Below, in pieces: positions 36,028-45,490 of a DNA stretch of 64,000 nt; the first letter of the stretch is position 1, and every line of letters starts with the position of its first letter. The notes beneath the pieces are model-generated. The model saw only the letters and a list, made by a program, of their open reading frames with translations. It was not told the DNA's origin and did no database searches. The position numbers and the translations under genes are program-made. The stretch is from assembly GCA_030619715.1 (NCBI GenBank), contig JAUXAW010000001.1, positions 3,195-67,194 on the forward strand, in the 5' to 3' direction. Origin of the DNA: a candidate division WWE3 bacterium (lineage in GTDB: Bacteria; Patescibacteriota; WWE3; JAUXAW01).

Positions 36028-37797
36028 TCACTCAACCCCTCTTAATGAAAGTATCAACTCGCCATCACTAGGATAACTAACCATCTTGGTAATAGAACTA
36101 AAATCATCCGGAATAAACTTATCATCGGGCTGACTTGAGGATGACCACTCTAGCGGCGTATCTTCGCCTTGAACAATTATCATTTTTTGATCTTCACCTA
36201 AGTTTTGCGTATCACTAATGTAAAAATCCCCAATCAATATTTTCTGATACTCTCCGCTTTCCGGCAAATACGTTCCCGAAATCAGCGGTCCTACCACGCC
36301 TTCGTTTGTACGCATTTGGGAATTATAAGTAGCTTTAAATACCTCGTAAACAAAGCTTGTAGGGGAGAGGTTTTCAAAGCGATACCCATAAGAAATTCCA
36401 TTCTTGGCAAACCTAACTACTTTGTAGATAGTTCCACCACCTAACCTTACTCGAAAACTTAAAACATAATCTTGCCCATCCTTGTGTATCCCATCCAAAA
36501 TCACAGTGTGGTCTACATCAACTTCACTAGGAAAGTTCAACGCTAATTTTCCATCGCCGAAAATCCACTCTTCCTTAAGACCAACATTTGCCAACTCTAG
36601 ATGATTCATACCTTGGTAAATGCTTATGTCTTGCGGAGAGTCTCCCTGGAGATAACTATCTGAATAGGGAGTGTAATCACTTAACCTAATCCAACCATTA
36701 TCTCCCACCTTGATATCCAAACGGGCCCGATATTCCGACGACCAAAACATGAATGTTTTATATTCCGAACTCCTGGACGGATATAAATGGCCGCTCCAAG
36801 CACCAGCACTACCGCTTTGGAGTAACGCATAAGTTCTATCGTTCGCCTGCTGCTGCTCACGAAATTTATCACCAAACTCCAACAGAGTTACATAATTCAA
36901 GTCTGGATAACTCTGGTAAAGCCACTGTAACCAATCTTTAAACAAGCTGATTTTCTCTAAATTCATATTATTCGGCATAGCACCACCATAAATATACCCA
37001 AGTTCAATAATTGTTGGCAAAAGCTTTAGCGTATCGTCATCAAAGTCGCTTTCAATAAAGACCGAATCCGTAAGCAGCTGCATCTGTTCTAGAGTATTCG
37101 AGTTTATCGGCTCGAAAACAGGCCTAGTCCCCGAAATTTTAGACCAGTATAAATCTGGGTGTTCCACTTCATAGTTCAAAATATCCAAAAATGCATCCTT
37201 GCCGGGAACTAAAGGGTGATTAACAGACGGATAAAATGGGTAATCAAAGCTACCTGCCGCACTGGCCGTGTCAGTTTTGTATTGCTGCCAATTCGCAGTA
37301 ATTGCTATGGAGGAACCATACTCTTCTCGTATGTGCCTAAGAATAGAAATGTCACTTATCCAAAGATGTAATACCGGATACTCACCAAAGTATCTCTCAA
37401 ATTCAGTAAAACAGATATCCAATTCGTCGAATACCTCTTCTCTGCTTGCTGACTCTACTCCTCCTCCGCTAGAAAGGCCCATCCCAGCCCTCAATGAGTA
37501 CCCAACACCATCACCGTAAACACGCCTCAGTTTTTTGACGGCTTTTCTCAAAGCATCGTCCTCCCCTGTGACATCTTGACAATGTAAAATCCAAGTAGCC
37601 CTGGCCCCTACTTTCCTATGAACCTCCTTGGCCACCTCTTGTAACACCAACTCGGATGGGATTCCAGAGAAAACTAAAGGAAAATAGTCATTTGATTCTT
37701 TTTGCCCCGAATTAAGACGTAGGCCTGCCAGTATTAACAAAAACAGAGAAATACAAACTGCAACGAACTTACGATAATTCTTAGAAATTAATTTCAT
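36028..37797 (-). CDS. Large exported/membrane-anchored hypothetical protein (589 aa) embedded in the glycan locus.
   Basis: N-terminal signal/TM segment FVAVCISLFLLILAGL. No recognisable catalytic motif. Possibly a glycan-processing enzyme. Confidence 0.5.
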   Translation of the reverse strand: MKLISKNYRKFVAVCISLFLLILAGLRLNSGQKESNDYFPLVFSGIPSELVLQEVAKEVHRKVGARATWILHCQDVTGEDDALRKAVKKLRRVYGDGVGYSLRAGMGLSSGGGVESASREEVFDELDICFTEFERYFGEYPVLHLWISDISILRHIREEYGSSIAITANWQQYKTDTASAAGSFDYPFYPSVNHPLVPGKDAFLDILNYEVEHPDLYWSKISGTRPVFEPINSNTLEQMQLLTDSVFIESDFDDDTLKLLPTIIELGYIYGGAMPNNMNLEKISLFKDWLQWLYQSYPDLNYVTLLEFGDKFREQQQANDRTYALLQSGSAGAWSGHLYPSRSSEYKTFMFWSSEYRARLDIKVGDNGWIRLSDYTPYSDSYLQGDSPQDISIYQGMNHLELANVGLKEEWIFGDGKLALNFPSEVDVDHTVILDGIHKDGQDYVLSFRVRLGGGTIYKVVRFAKNGISYGYRFENLSPTSFVYEVFKATYNSQMRTNEGVVGPLISGTYLPESGEYQKILIGDFYISDTQNLGEDQKMIIVQGEDTPLEWSSSSQPDDKFIPDDFSSITKMVSYPSDGELILSLRGVE

Positions 37798-38863
37798 AAT
37801 AAACCTTAATCGTTTCCTCCACCATTTTATCCCAGGAGTATTTCTTTACTTGCTCTAAACCTTTAATTTTAAGCGTCTGCTGCAGGTCTTTATCCTCGGT
37901 TATCTGGTCAATCGCCTTTGTAATCTCGGCTATATTATAAGGATTAATCAATAAAGCGGCCTCCCCAACAATCTCCGGCAGACAAGAAATATTTGAGCAT
38001 ATTACCGGAGTGCCAACCGACATTGCCTCCAGCGGCGGAATTCCAAACCCCTCGTAAAACGAAGGGTAGACAAGGGCCACGGCGCAACCTAGCCAGTGGT
38101 ATTTCTCTTCTTCGCTTACATACCCCACTAGCCGAACTTTGTTTTCTAATTGAAGCTTGTTGATAATACCGGAAAATTGATCAGAGTGTTTACCAACAAT
38201 GACCAGGTCGTACGTCTCTTTAGCTTTGGACTGGTGATAAGCTTTAATTAATCCTGTGATATTTTTTCGTTTGTCCACTCCTCCGAAATAAACAAGATAA
38301 GCTTTTTCATGCAGACGTCTTTTTTTGTCCCACGATGGCGAATCTAGCCCGTCGTGGATAACCGCGGTTTTTTTTCTGATCGGGGGAAATATTTTTATCG
38401 CGTTATTCGCTGTAGTTTGAGATATGGCAATTATTTTATTGGCTTTCTTAAAAGAGATTAGTAATGAAATTAAATATTCAGGCAGATTAACAATATTCCG
38501 TCCGCAAAAATACTTGGGCCACATCAAGGGAATGACATCGTTAAGAGTCAAAACAGATTTACCATTAAAGAGGAGGGGGATACCATAATTCCAGGTGGCG
38601 TGATAAAGATCAAATTTATTTTGGTTAAGAAACTTGGGCAGGCGTATCTGTTCCCAGAAGAAACGGTTGTTCCCAGGGATAATTCTTTTTTCAATCCCCC
38701 CGACCGGACGTTTCGGCTCCTGGTGATACAAAAGAACAGTTTTTACCCCTCTCGCTTTTAACCCCTCGGCTAACCTGATGATATATTTGCCCACGCCGGT
38801 AATTTCGTTACCCGCGGCTCGGGCGTCTAAGGCAATTTTTGGCAACTCACCTTCTAATTCCAT
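37781..38863 (-). CDS. GT4-family glycosyltransferase.
   Basis: [31 protein letters not shown]. Confidence 0.8.
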   Translation of the reverse strand: MELEGELPKIALDARAAGNEITGVGKYIIRLAEGLKARGVKTVLLYHQEPKRPVGGIEKRIIPGNNRFFWEQIRLPKFLNQNKFDLYHATWNYGIPLLFNGKSVLTLNDVIPLMWPKYFCGRNIVNLPEYLISLLISFKKANKIIAISQTTANNAIKIFPPIRKKTAVIHDGLDSPSWDKKRRLHEKAYLVYFGGVDKRKNITGLIKAYHQSKAKETYDLVIVGKHSDQFSGIINKLQLENKVRLVGYVSEEEKYHWLGCAVALVYPSFYEGFGIPPLEAMSVGTPVICSNISCLPEIVGEAALLINPYNIAEITKAIDQITEDKDLQQTLKIKGLEQVKKYSWDKMVEETIKVYYEINF

Positions 38864-39764
38864 AATTATTAGTTAAAAAATCGAAGAAGCCGTCCCCGGC
38901 CGCTTGGACAAACTCTTTGTCTTTTCCTGTAATTTTGGACTTAGCAACTCTTGCAACCAATCTTAGACCATATAGCGCTGTAAAGCCTGCCGACCAAACA
39001 GGCGGGTTAAACTTTTTTACAAAATATAATCGGTTCCGAGTTTTATAATACTCATTAGCTGGATTTTTTTCACCCACCGTCGAGCCAACTTTGTGCCAAA
39101 TTTTAGCTTTAGGCGCAAAGGCAATTTTGAAACCGGCCCTTCTTGCTCTGACACACAAATCTACATCCTCATAAAATAAAAAATAACGCTCATCAAACAA
39201 ACCAATTTTTTCCAACACTTGCCTCTTAATCAACAGCGAGGTGCCCGGCGCCCATTCCAGATAGTGTGCCTCATCGAACTGTCCCTCGTCGGCCTGCCCG
39301 AAAAACAAATGGTCGGCCTGACCGGTTCTCATATTTAGTCTACTATCCACAAACCAAACAGTTTGGGGACTACCACGGTAGTATATCTTTGGAACGGCTA
39401 TGCCGACCCCCGAGCCGCTCATACCTCGAACCAACTCCGTCAAAACTTGCGGATCTACCAGCGTGTCGGGATTGAGGACCCAAATCAAATCCGCTCCGTG
39501 CTCCAAGGCGTATTTTATGCCCCGATTATTACCACCCGAATAACCTAAATTCTTCCCCGTTTGAATTAACTTGATCTCAGGAAATTCTTCTTCTAAAATT
39601 TTTTGGGAGTCATTGGTGGAGCCGTTGTCGACGATGATAATTTCATAGTTGTGATAAGTAGTTTTCTGGAGAGAACGAATACATTCAATTGTATCCTTGT
39701 AATTGTTCCAATTTAAAACGACAATGTAAACGCTAGAATTTTTGTTCATAAAGCACTTTTTCAA
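38847..39764 (-). CDS. GT2-family glycosyltransferase.
   Basis: VYIVVLNWNNYKDTIECIRSL...IIIVDNGSTNDS. Confidence 0.8.
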   Translation of the reverse strand: MKKCFMNKNSSVYIVVLNWNNYKDTIECIRSLQKTTYHNYEIIIVDNGSTNDSQKILEEEFPEIKLIQTGKNLGYSGGNNRGIKYALEHGADLIWVLNPDTLVDPQVLTELVRGMSGSGVGIAVPKIYYRGSPQTVWFVDSRLNMRTGQADHLFFGQADEGQFDEAHYLEWAPGTSLLIKRQVLEKIGLFDERYFLFYEDVDLCVRARRAGFKIAFAPKAKIWHKVGSTVGEKNPANEYYKTRNRLYFVKKFNPPVWSAGFTALYGLRLVARVAKSKITGKDKEFVQAAGDGFFDFLTNNYGIRR

Positions 39765-40899
39765 CGGCCGCTAGATATTCAGCCACCGTCCGCTTCCAAG
39801 TAAATCTTTCACCCTGAGCCCTGGCTCCGATGGATAAAGCATTTCGCAAAGAAGGATTGTTTGCTATCTCGATTATTTTATCCACAAACTCCCCCTTGGA
39901 ATTAACCAAAAACCCACTCTCGCCGTTTTTACAAAGTTCTGGATGAGGACCAATATTATAGGCGATCACCGGCTTGCCGAAAAACTGCGCCTCAGCTAAA
40001 GGCAGGTCAAAACCCTCCCACTTGGTTGCGGTGACATACAAATCACAACTCGAATACAGTAAGGCCATCTTCTCCTTCGGTACATTCAGTAAGGGGATGA
40101 CACCGTTTGTTTGCAGTATCCTGCGATCCTCCTCCCCTCCGTAACCGGCCACGGCTAACTCAATCCTTGCATCTTTGCTTTTGGCTTCTTTATAAATCTC
40201 CAGCAGTTCGTGCAAATCTTTGTAAGTCCTGGTTTTCATATTGGCTCTACCAACATAAAGTATCAAAAAGTCCCCTTCCCGCAACCCTATTTTACTTCGG
40301 AAATTAATAATCTCCTCACTACTAATTGGATATTCCGCGTAAGTATCGGCGCCTAGGTGTACGACTCGGGCCTTCCTTTTTAAATTACTTGGCAGCTCAT
40401 TTTTAATGTAGTTAGAGATGGTTAATATTTTCCGGGCCTTTTTGAAAAACAAATATTTCCGACTAGCCGCCAAGTATATTTTGTTGATTTTGTGCCGAAG
40501 CGATAGATAGCGGCTGGAGGCGACACCGTAATCAATCACAATACATGATTTTTCGGTAAACAAAAGAGTAGGGAAAAAGGGATAAGAATTAAGAATAAAC
40601 AAATCAGCCTCAATATTTTGGATTTTATTTTTTCCAAGATAAAGCTCCAAATCACGGGCGGCCATGTCTGAAAAAAACTTTCTGACAACCCGACTTAAAA
40701 ATGTTTTTTCAAGAGGTTTCAAAACTTCTAATTCATATTTTCGATTGCTATAACTGGAATCAGTGAATAATGTGTAAACAGTAACTCCATAACCGGCCGT
40801 TACTAATCCATTAGCAATTAAATCAACAACAGCATCTACCCCATGGCCCTGTAGCATTCTTTCATTAAAGAGAGCAATCTTAAAGTTGTTCTTAATCAT
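39733..40899 (-). CDS. GT4-family glycosyltransferase.
   Basis: WEGFDLPLAEAQFFGKPVIAYNIGPHPEL. Confidence 0.75.
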   Translation of the reverse strand: MIKNNFKIALFNERMLQGHGVDAVVDLIANGLVTAGYGVTVYTLFTDSSYSNRKYELEVLKPLEKTFLSRVVRKFFSDMAARDLELYLGKNKIQNIEADLFILNSYPFFPTLLFTEKSCIVIDYGVASSRYLSLRHKINKIYLAASRKYLFFKKARKILTISNYIKNELPSNLKRKARVVHLGADTYAEYPISSEEIINFRSKIGLREGDFLILYVGRANMKTRTYKDLHELLEIYKEAKSKDARIELAVAGYGGEEDRRILQTNGVIPLLNVPKEKMALLYSSCDLYVTATKWEGFDLPLAEAQFFGKPVIAYNIGPHPELCKNGESGFLVNSKGEFVDKIIEIANNPSLRNALSIGARAQGERFTWKRTVAEYLAAVEKVLYEQKF

Positions 40900-42041
40900 A
40901 ATGACATATAGAAATTTTTGAGCTCGCCGGCAACCTTTTTTGCGTCAAACACATCTTCAGCCCTTGCCAATGATTTTTCACCAAGCATCTTTCTAAAATC
41001 TTCATCCACAATCAACCTCTCTATCGCCTCAGCAATAGCAACCGCATCTCCGGGTGGAACTAAAATTCCTGCTCCCCCCACAACTTCTGGAAGGGCGCCG
41101 CTCATCCCCGCTATTACCGGTTTACCACTGGCCATGCTTTCAATTAGCGCCATTCCAAATTGCTCCTGCCAGTTTTCCAAAGGGAAGCAGGGCAAAACAA
41201 AAACGCTGGCGCTAGAATGCAGCGCCGGCATCTCTTCGTATGGCACTTTACCCACGAAAACAACCTGTTCATCCAAACCCAATCTAGTTACAATTTGTTT
41301 TAAAATTCCTTCGCGAGGGCCTTCCCCCACAATTAACAACTTCAGACGCCGATCTGCCAACCGTGGTTGAAGAAGCAGCTTCTTAAAAGCGATTATCAAA
41401 TAGTCAAAACCTTTCTCCCAAACCAATCTTCCGATGCTCAGAATGATAAAATCGCCCGAGGAAATACCTAACCTAGGTTTGAAAATATCCAGGTTAATGC
41501 CATACGGCAAAACTTTAATCTTTTGTTCCTCTACCCCATCAATTAAAAGGGCCTCTTTGGCTTGCTCGGTTACGGCATGAAACAAATCCACATTGTTAAG
41601 AACTTCCTTTTTAAATGCCTTTTGCGCGGGATTAAATTCTCCCGTTAACGGAATGTTTTGCCAAACGGTGACCACAACTTTTTTTACTTTACCCGCCAGT
41701 TTTGCTTTGATCGCCTGATATGTGTAGTAATTAAAGGTTTCGGCGCTATGAGCAATATCAAAACCCTCTAATGCTTTTTCCAATCCTATCATCACTTGAC
41801 TGTCACCGAAAAACCGATTAAGCGCCGCTTGGTATTTGGAAGCCTTGCTAAAATCTGCCAACATGTACAACTGTCTCACCGGAAACTTAATTTTTGATAT
41901 CCTTCCTCTTGGTTTTTTACTCGTGAAACCGACAAGTTCAATCCCCCCACCAACCAACGGCTTGTAGTTTTGCATTTCGTATTCCCCCAAATCAGCCCCT
42001 CGAATTAGGGCAATTTTTTTCATCTCATCTTCTAACACCAA
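40896..42041 (-). CDS. GT4-family glycosyltransferase.
   Basis: ENWQEQFGMALIESMASGKPVIAGMSGALPEVVG. Confidence 0.75.
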   Translation of the reverse strand: MVLEDEMKKIALIRGADLGEYEMQNYKPLVGGGIELVGFTSKKPRGRISKIKFPVRQLYMLADFSKASKYQAALNRFFGDSQVMIGLEKALEGFDIAHSAETFNYYTYQAIKAKLAGKVKKVVVTVWQNIPLTGEFNPAQKAFKKEVLNNVDLFHAVTEQAKEALLIDGVEEQKIKVLPYGINLDIFKPRLGISSGDFIILSIGRLVWEKGFDYLIIAFKKLLLQPRLADRRLKLLIVGEGPREGILKQIVTRLGLDEQVVFVGKVPYEEMPALHSSASVFVLPCFPLENWQEQFGMALIESMASGKPVIAGMSGALPEVVGGAGILVPPGDAVAIAEAIERLIVDEDFRKMLGEKSLARAEDVFDAKKVAGELKNFYMSL

Positions 42042-43479
42042 CCAGATTGACTAAAATCTTTTTATCTTCTTCGTCAAACGCTCCCAGTAAGTAAAGCAGG
42101 CCAAAATAAATTGGCGGCGCGAGTAAGAGAGAAAAGAATAGGTGGCGGCCAGTTAGCAAAATAAAACCACCCATAATAAGGGCGGCCATCAGAGGTTTGA
42201 GTGCCATCACAACAAAATTAATTGAATAAAAATGTTTTGAAAAGTACCAAAGCACGAGCGTAAAGCCCAAAACCTCGGTTAAAAGAGTCGTTAAACTGGC
42301 ACCGATAAAACTTAACCCCAGCCCCCATGTTGGTATCAGAAATAAATTCAAACCTAAACTGACAATAACATTTAATGCCGTGATCGCCACTAAAACCTTC
42401 ATCTTACCCATTGAAGTTAAAGTTGAAGCGAATAAACTACTCACGAAAATAACGCCCACCGCCCAGATTAAAATTCTTAAAGAAGCGGCCGAGCGGATAA
42501 AATCCGGACCGTAGGCTAACTTAATAATCGGCTCGGCCAGAAGCGTTGTTCCCACGGCCATGGGAATTCCCAAAATGACAAGATATTTTAAGATTTTTTG
42601 AAAGGTTGAGTAGAATTTAGTTTTGTTTTCAAGATAGAGCCGTGAGAAAAGTGGAAAGGCGGCTCCGGTAACAATCGCCGGCACCATTTGCAGGGTGTCC
42701 ACAAATTTATAACTGGCCGAATACAACCCCACCGCAACCTCGTTGCCGGCTCCTATAATCGGCAATTTGGACAAAAGCACCATATCAGATCGGTGATAAA
42801 TTGTGATCAGGATATTAATTGCGGCAAAGGGAACCGCCTCTTTTAAAATTTGGCCTAAAAACGCCTTGTTTAATTTCAACCTTCCAAATTTAAACTTTTT
42901 GCCTATGGTAATCAGGGCGGTGATTAAAACGACTGCCGCCGCAAGTATTGCCACCCAGCCTAAGCCCACCACTCCGTAGCCCAAATATAAAGCAACCACC
43001 CCTCCCACCGTTAAAACAGCGCTATTGAGGATACCCAAAATAGCATTAAACTCCATTTTTTCGTAGGCCTGAAACAAAGAAGTTAGCAGAGAGGAGAAAG
43101 AGGAGAAAACCAAAGCCAAAGCCAGCAGATAAATAGTTTGTTCAACAACCTCGCTATAGCCAAGTAATTTGGTCACTAACCCGATTGAGAGAAGGACCAC
43201 CGCGGACAGACAGGCCTTCAAAACCAGCATGCTCCCTAAATAATAGCCCGTTTTGTCTCTGTAGCGAGCTACTTCTCGAACAAAAAGATTGTTTAGGCCC
43301 AACTCTGTAAAAACGCTGAACAGCCCGACCACGCTCCCGGCGATGGCGTATTCTCCCAACCCCAGGCTCCCTAATTTGCGAGCGGCGTAAACCGTAAAAA
43401 CAATCGTGAAGATTTTGGGAACTATACTGGCAAAGGTTAAGGCAATAGTGTTTTTAGCTAATCTTTTTGTGTTGTTCAT
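42025..43479 (-). CDS. wzx: Wzx-type oligosaccharide flippase (MOP/polysaccharide biosynthesis protein).
   Basis: 12-14 TM segments. N-terminus KNTIALTFASIVPKIFTIVFTVYAARKLG is typical of PST-family flippases. Confidence 0.75.
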   Translation of the reverse strand: MNNTKRLAKNTIALTFASIVPKIFTIVFTVYAARKLGSLGLGEYAIAGSVVGLFSVFTELGLNNLFVREVARYRDKTGYYLGSMLVLKACLSAVVLLSIGLVTKLLGYSEVVEQTIYLLALALVFSSFSSLLTSLFQAYEKMEFNAILGILNSAVLTVGGVVALYLGYGVVGLGWVAILAAAVVLITALITIGKKFKFGRLKLNKAFLGQILKEAVPFAAINILITIYHRSDMVLLSKLPIIGAGNEVAVGLYSASYKFVDTLQMVPAIVTGAAFPLFSRLYLENKTKFYSTFQKILKYLVILGIPMAVGTTLLAEPIIKLAYGPDFIRSAASLRILIWAVGVIFVSSLFASTLTSMGKMKVLVAITALNVIVSLGLNLFLIPTWGLGLSFIGASLTTLLTEVLGFTLVLWYFSKHFYSINFVVMALKPLMAALIMGGFILLTGRHLFFSLLLAPPIYFGLLYLLGAFDEEDKKILVNLVGVRR

Positions 43480-44590
43480 CGCAAAACTTCACCACGATAT
43501 CAACTATCTTTTTCGCCGCGGTCCCATCGCCGTAGGGGTTGACGGCCTTTGCCATTCGCTGGTAAGCCGCCTCATCTGACAAAAGGGTGCCGGTAATCTT
43601 AACGATCTTCTCCTTTTTCGTTCCGGCCAGGACGGCGGTTCCCGCTTCTATCCCTTCGGGCCTCTCGGTTGTTTCTCGCAAGACAACCACCGGCTTACCC
43701 AGCGAGGGGGCCTCTTCCTGAATTCCGCCCGAGTCGGTTAAGACTAAGTAACTTTCTTTCATCACCCTGACCATATCCTTGTAATTTAGGGGCTCAATCA
43801 GATGTACCCGGGGGTGGTTACCCAATTGTTCATAGGCCATTTTTCTAACATTTGGATTTGGATGCACGGGAAAAATAATTTCAACATCGTCAAAATTTGC
43901 CAAGATTTCTCTAACGGCTTCGTATATTTGCTTCATCCCCTTACTTAAATAGTTTTCTCGGCGATGAGCGGTCAGAAGAACTTTTCGGCTCTTATTATCA
44001 AGAATTGTTCTTAGTTGCTGGTTAGAAACCTCGTGTTTTTGGCCCGCAACCCACAGCAAAGCATCGATCACCGTATTTCCGGTGAGATGAATCTTTTTCT
44101 CATCAACCCCTTCCCTCAACAGATTACTTCTAGCCAATTCCGTCGGAGCAAAATAGAGCGAGCTGAGGGTATCGGTTATTCTGCGATTCATTTCTTCGGG
44201 AAAAGGATTATAAATATTGTGCGTTCTCAGCCCGGCTTCAACATGGCCAACCGGTATTTGGTTGTGAAAGGCGGCCAGAGCCGTCACCATTACGGTGGTT
44301 GTGTCTCCCTGAACCAAGACCAAATCCGGTTCCTCTTTGTACAAAACGTCTTCTACCCCACCCAGGATTCTGGCCGTAAGAAAAGCCAAAGTTTGATTAG
44401 GCGTCATCAGGTCCAAATCATAATCCGCTTTCAAGGAAAATGTATCCATCACCTGATCAAGCATTTCCCGGTGTTGGGCCGTCACCACCACTTTACTTTC
44501 AAGCGTTTTACGCCGGGCAAGTTCCCAAACAACCGGGGCCATCTTGATGGCCTCGGGACGAGTTCCAAATACAGAAATAGCCTTCATCAT
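43454..44590 (-). CDS. wecB: UDP-N-acetylglucosamine 2-epimerase (non-hydrolysing).
   Basis: N-terminus ISVFGTRPEAIKMAPVV. HVEAGLRT. 378 aa. Confidence 0.85.
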   Translation of the reverse strand: MMKAISVFGTRPEAIKMAPVVWELARRKTLESKVVVTAQHREMLDQVMDTFSLKADYDLDLMTPNQTLAFLTARILGGVEDVLYKEEPDLVLVQGDTTTVMVTALAAFHNQIPVGHVEAGLRTHNIYNPFPEEMNRRITDTLSSLYFAPTELARSNLLREGVDEKKIHLTGNTVIDALLWVAGQKHEVSNQQLRTILDNKSRKVLLTAHRRENYLSKGMKQIYEAVREILANFDDVEIIFPVHPNPNVRKMAYEQLGNHPRVHLIEPLNYKDMVRVMKESYLVLTDSGGIQEEAPSLGKPVVVLRETTERPEGIEAGTAVLAGTKKEKIVKITGTLLSDEAAYQRMAKAVNPYGDGTAAKKIVDIVVKFCDEQHKKIS

Positions 44591-44662
44591 ATAAGTTAAT
44601 GATACCGCAAAACCTGCTCCACCCCAACCAGCAAAAACATAAAGGCCCAGGAAGAAAGTCTC

Positions 44663-45490
44663 TCATTTCCAGCCCCTCAAATCACGTCCGATTAATTTTT
44701 CCAAACTCTCAATATCTTTTCTAAAAACCTTACGCAACCTTTCCCGTTCAGACCTGCTCATCGGTGGGTAGGTTGCTTCCTTCCGATTGACCATTACATA
44801 GAGTCGTTGGATTCGATTGTAAAGATTAGCCCTTTTCAAAAAATCAATCAGTCCTCCGAGCCCCGCCTTCTCTAGAAATTTCCGCAGTTTAAATAGAACT
44901 ACCAAAAACCTAAACCGCACCTTCGCCGCCGGGTTAACTTTCTTGCCCAAAGATGGAGGAACAAAGCTAGAATCAACCCCTAAAAACTCGTACAAATCAC
45001 GGACGACGGTTCCGGGCCGGCTCTCAATATTATCAAATAAAATAATGTGTATCTTCTCCTGGCTGAATAAATCAAACCACCGAACGAGATACCTGTGATA
45101 AAAACCCTCCTCCAGATACTCGTCAATGCCCGCATCTTTATTAAAATTCAAAGCCCCCCACCAATAATGAGAGTAGGCCCGATCGACTGGGTTTCGCAAA
45201 CAGACAACCAACTTCGCTTCGGGGAAATGTTTCTTAATCCGCTTCGGGGCGTCTTCGTCACAAAGATAAGAGTTGCTGTACTCCCCTCTCACTCGTGGGC
45301 CGCCGCGCTCGGTAAACTGGCTTTCATACCAACTCATCCCTTTCTGGTAATACTTACTGAAAAATTCAATCTCTTTAATGTGAGGGACGCATATCTCCGG
45401 GTGCTCCCGCAAAACTTGGGCAATCCAGCTAGTCCCACTGCGAAAAGCACCGATGCCAATAAAGTCAACTTTGAAGGCTGTCATTTCCAA
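44663..45490 (-). CDS. Sulfotransferase-family protein.
   Basis: The 5'-PSB-like motif IGIGAFRSGTSWIAQVL (PAPS binding). 275 aa. Confidence 0.7.
   Translation of the reverse strand: MEMTAFKVDFIGIGAFRSGTSWIAQVLREHPEICVPHIKEIEFFSKYYQKGMSWYESQFTERGGPRVRGEYSNSYLCDEDAPKRIKKHFPEAKLVVCLRNPVDRAYSHYWWGALNFNKDAGIDEYLEEGFYHRYLVRWFDLFSQEKIHIILFDNIESRPGTVVRDLYEFLGVDSSFVPPSLGKKVNPAAKVRFRFLVVLFKLRKFLEKAGLGGLIDFLKRANLYNRIQRLYVMVNRKEATYPPMSRSERERLRKVFRKDIESLEKLIGRDLRGWK

Noticed and set aside
40918-41370. 150-aa plus-strand ORF.
   Set aside because: Antisense to a GT4 gene with clear motifs.
44015-44599. 194-aa plus-strand ORF.
   Set aside because: Antisense to wecB.
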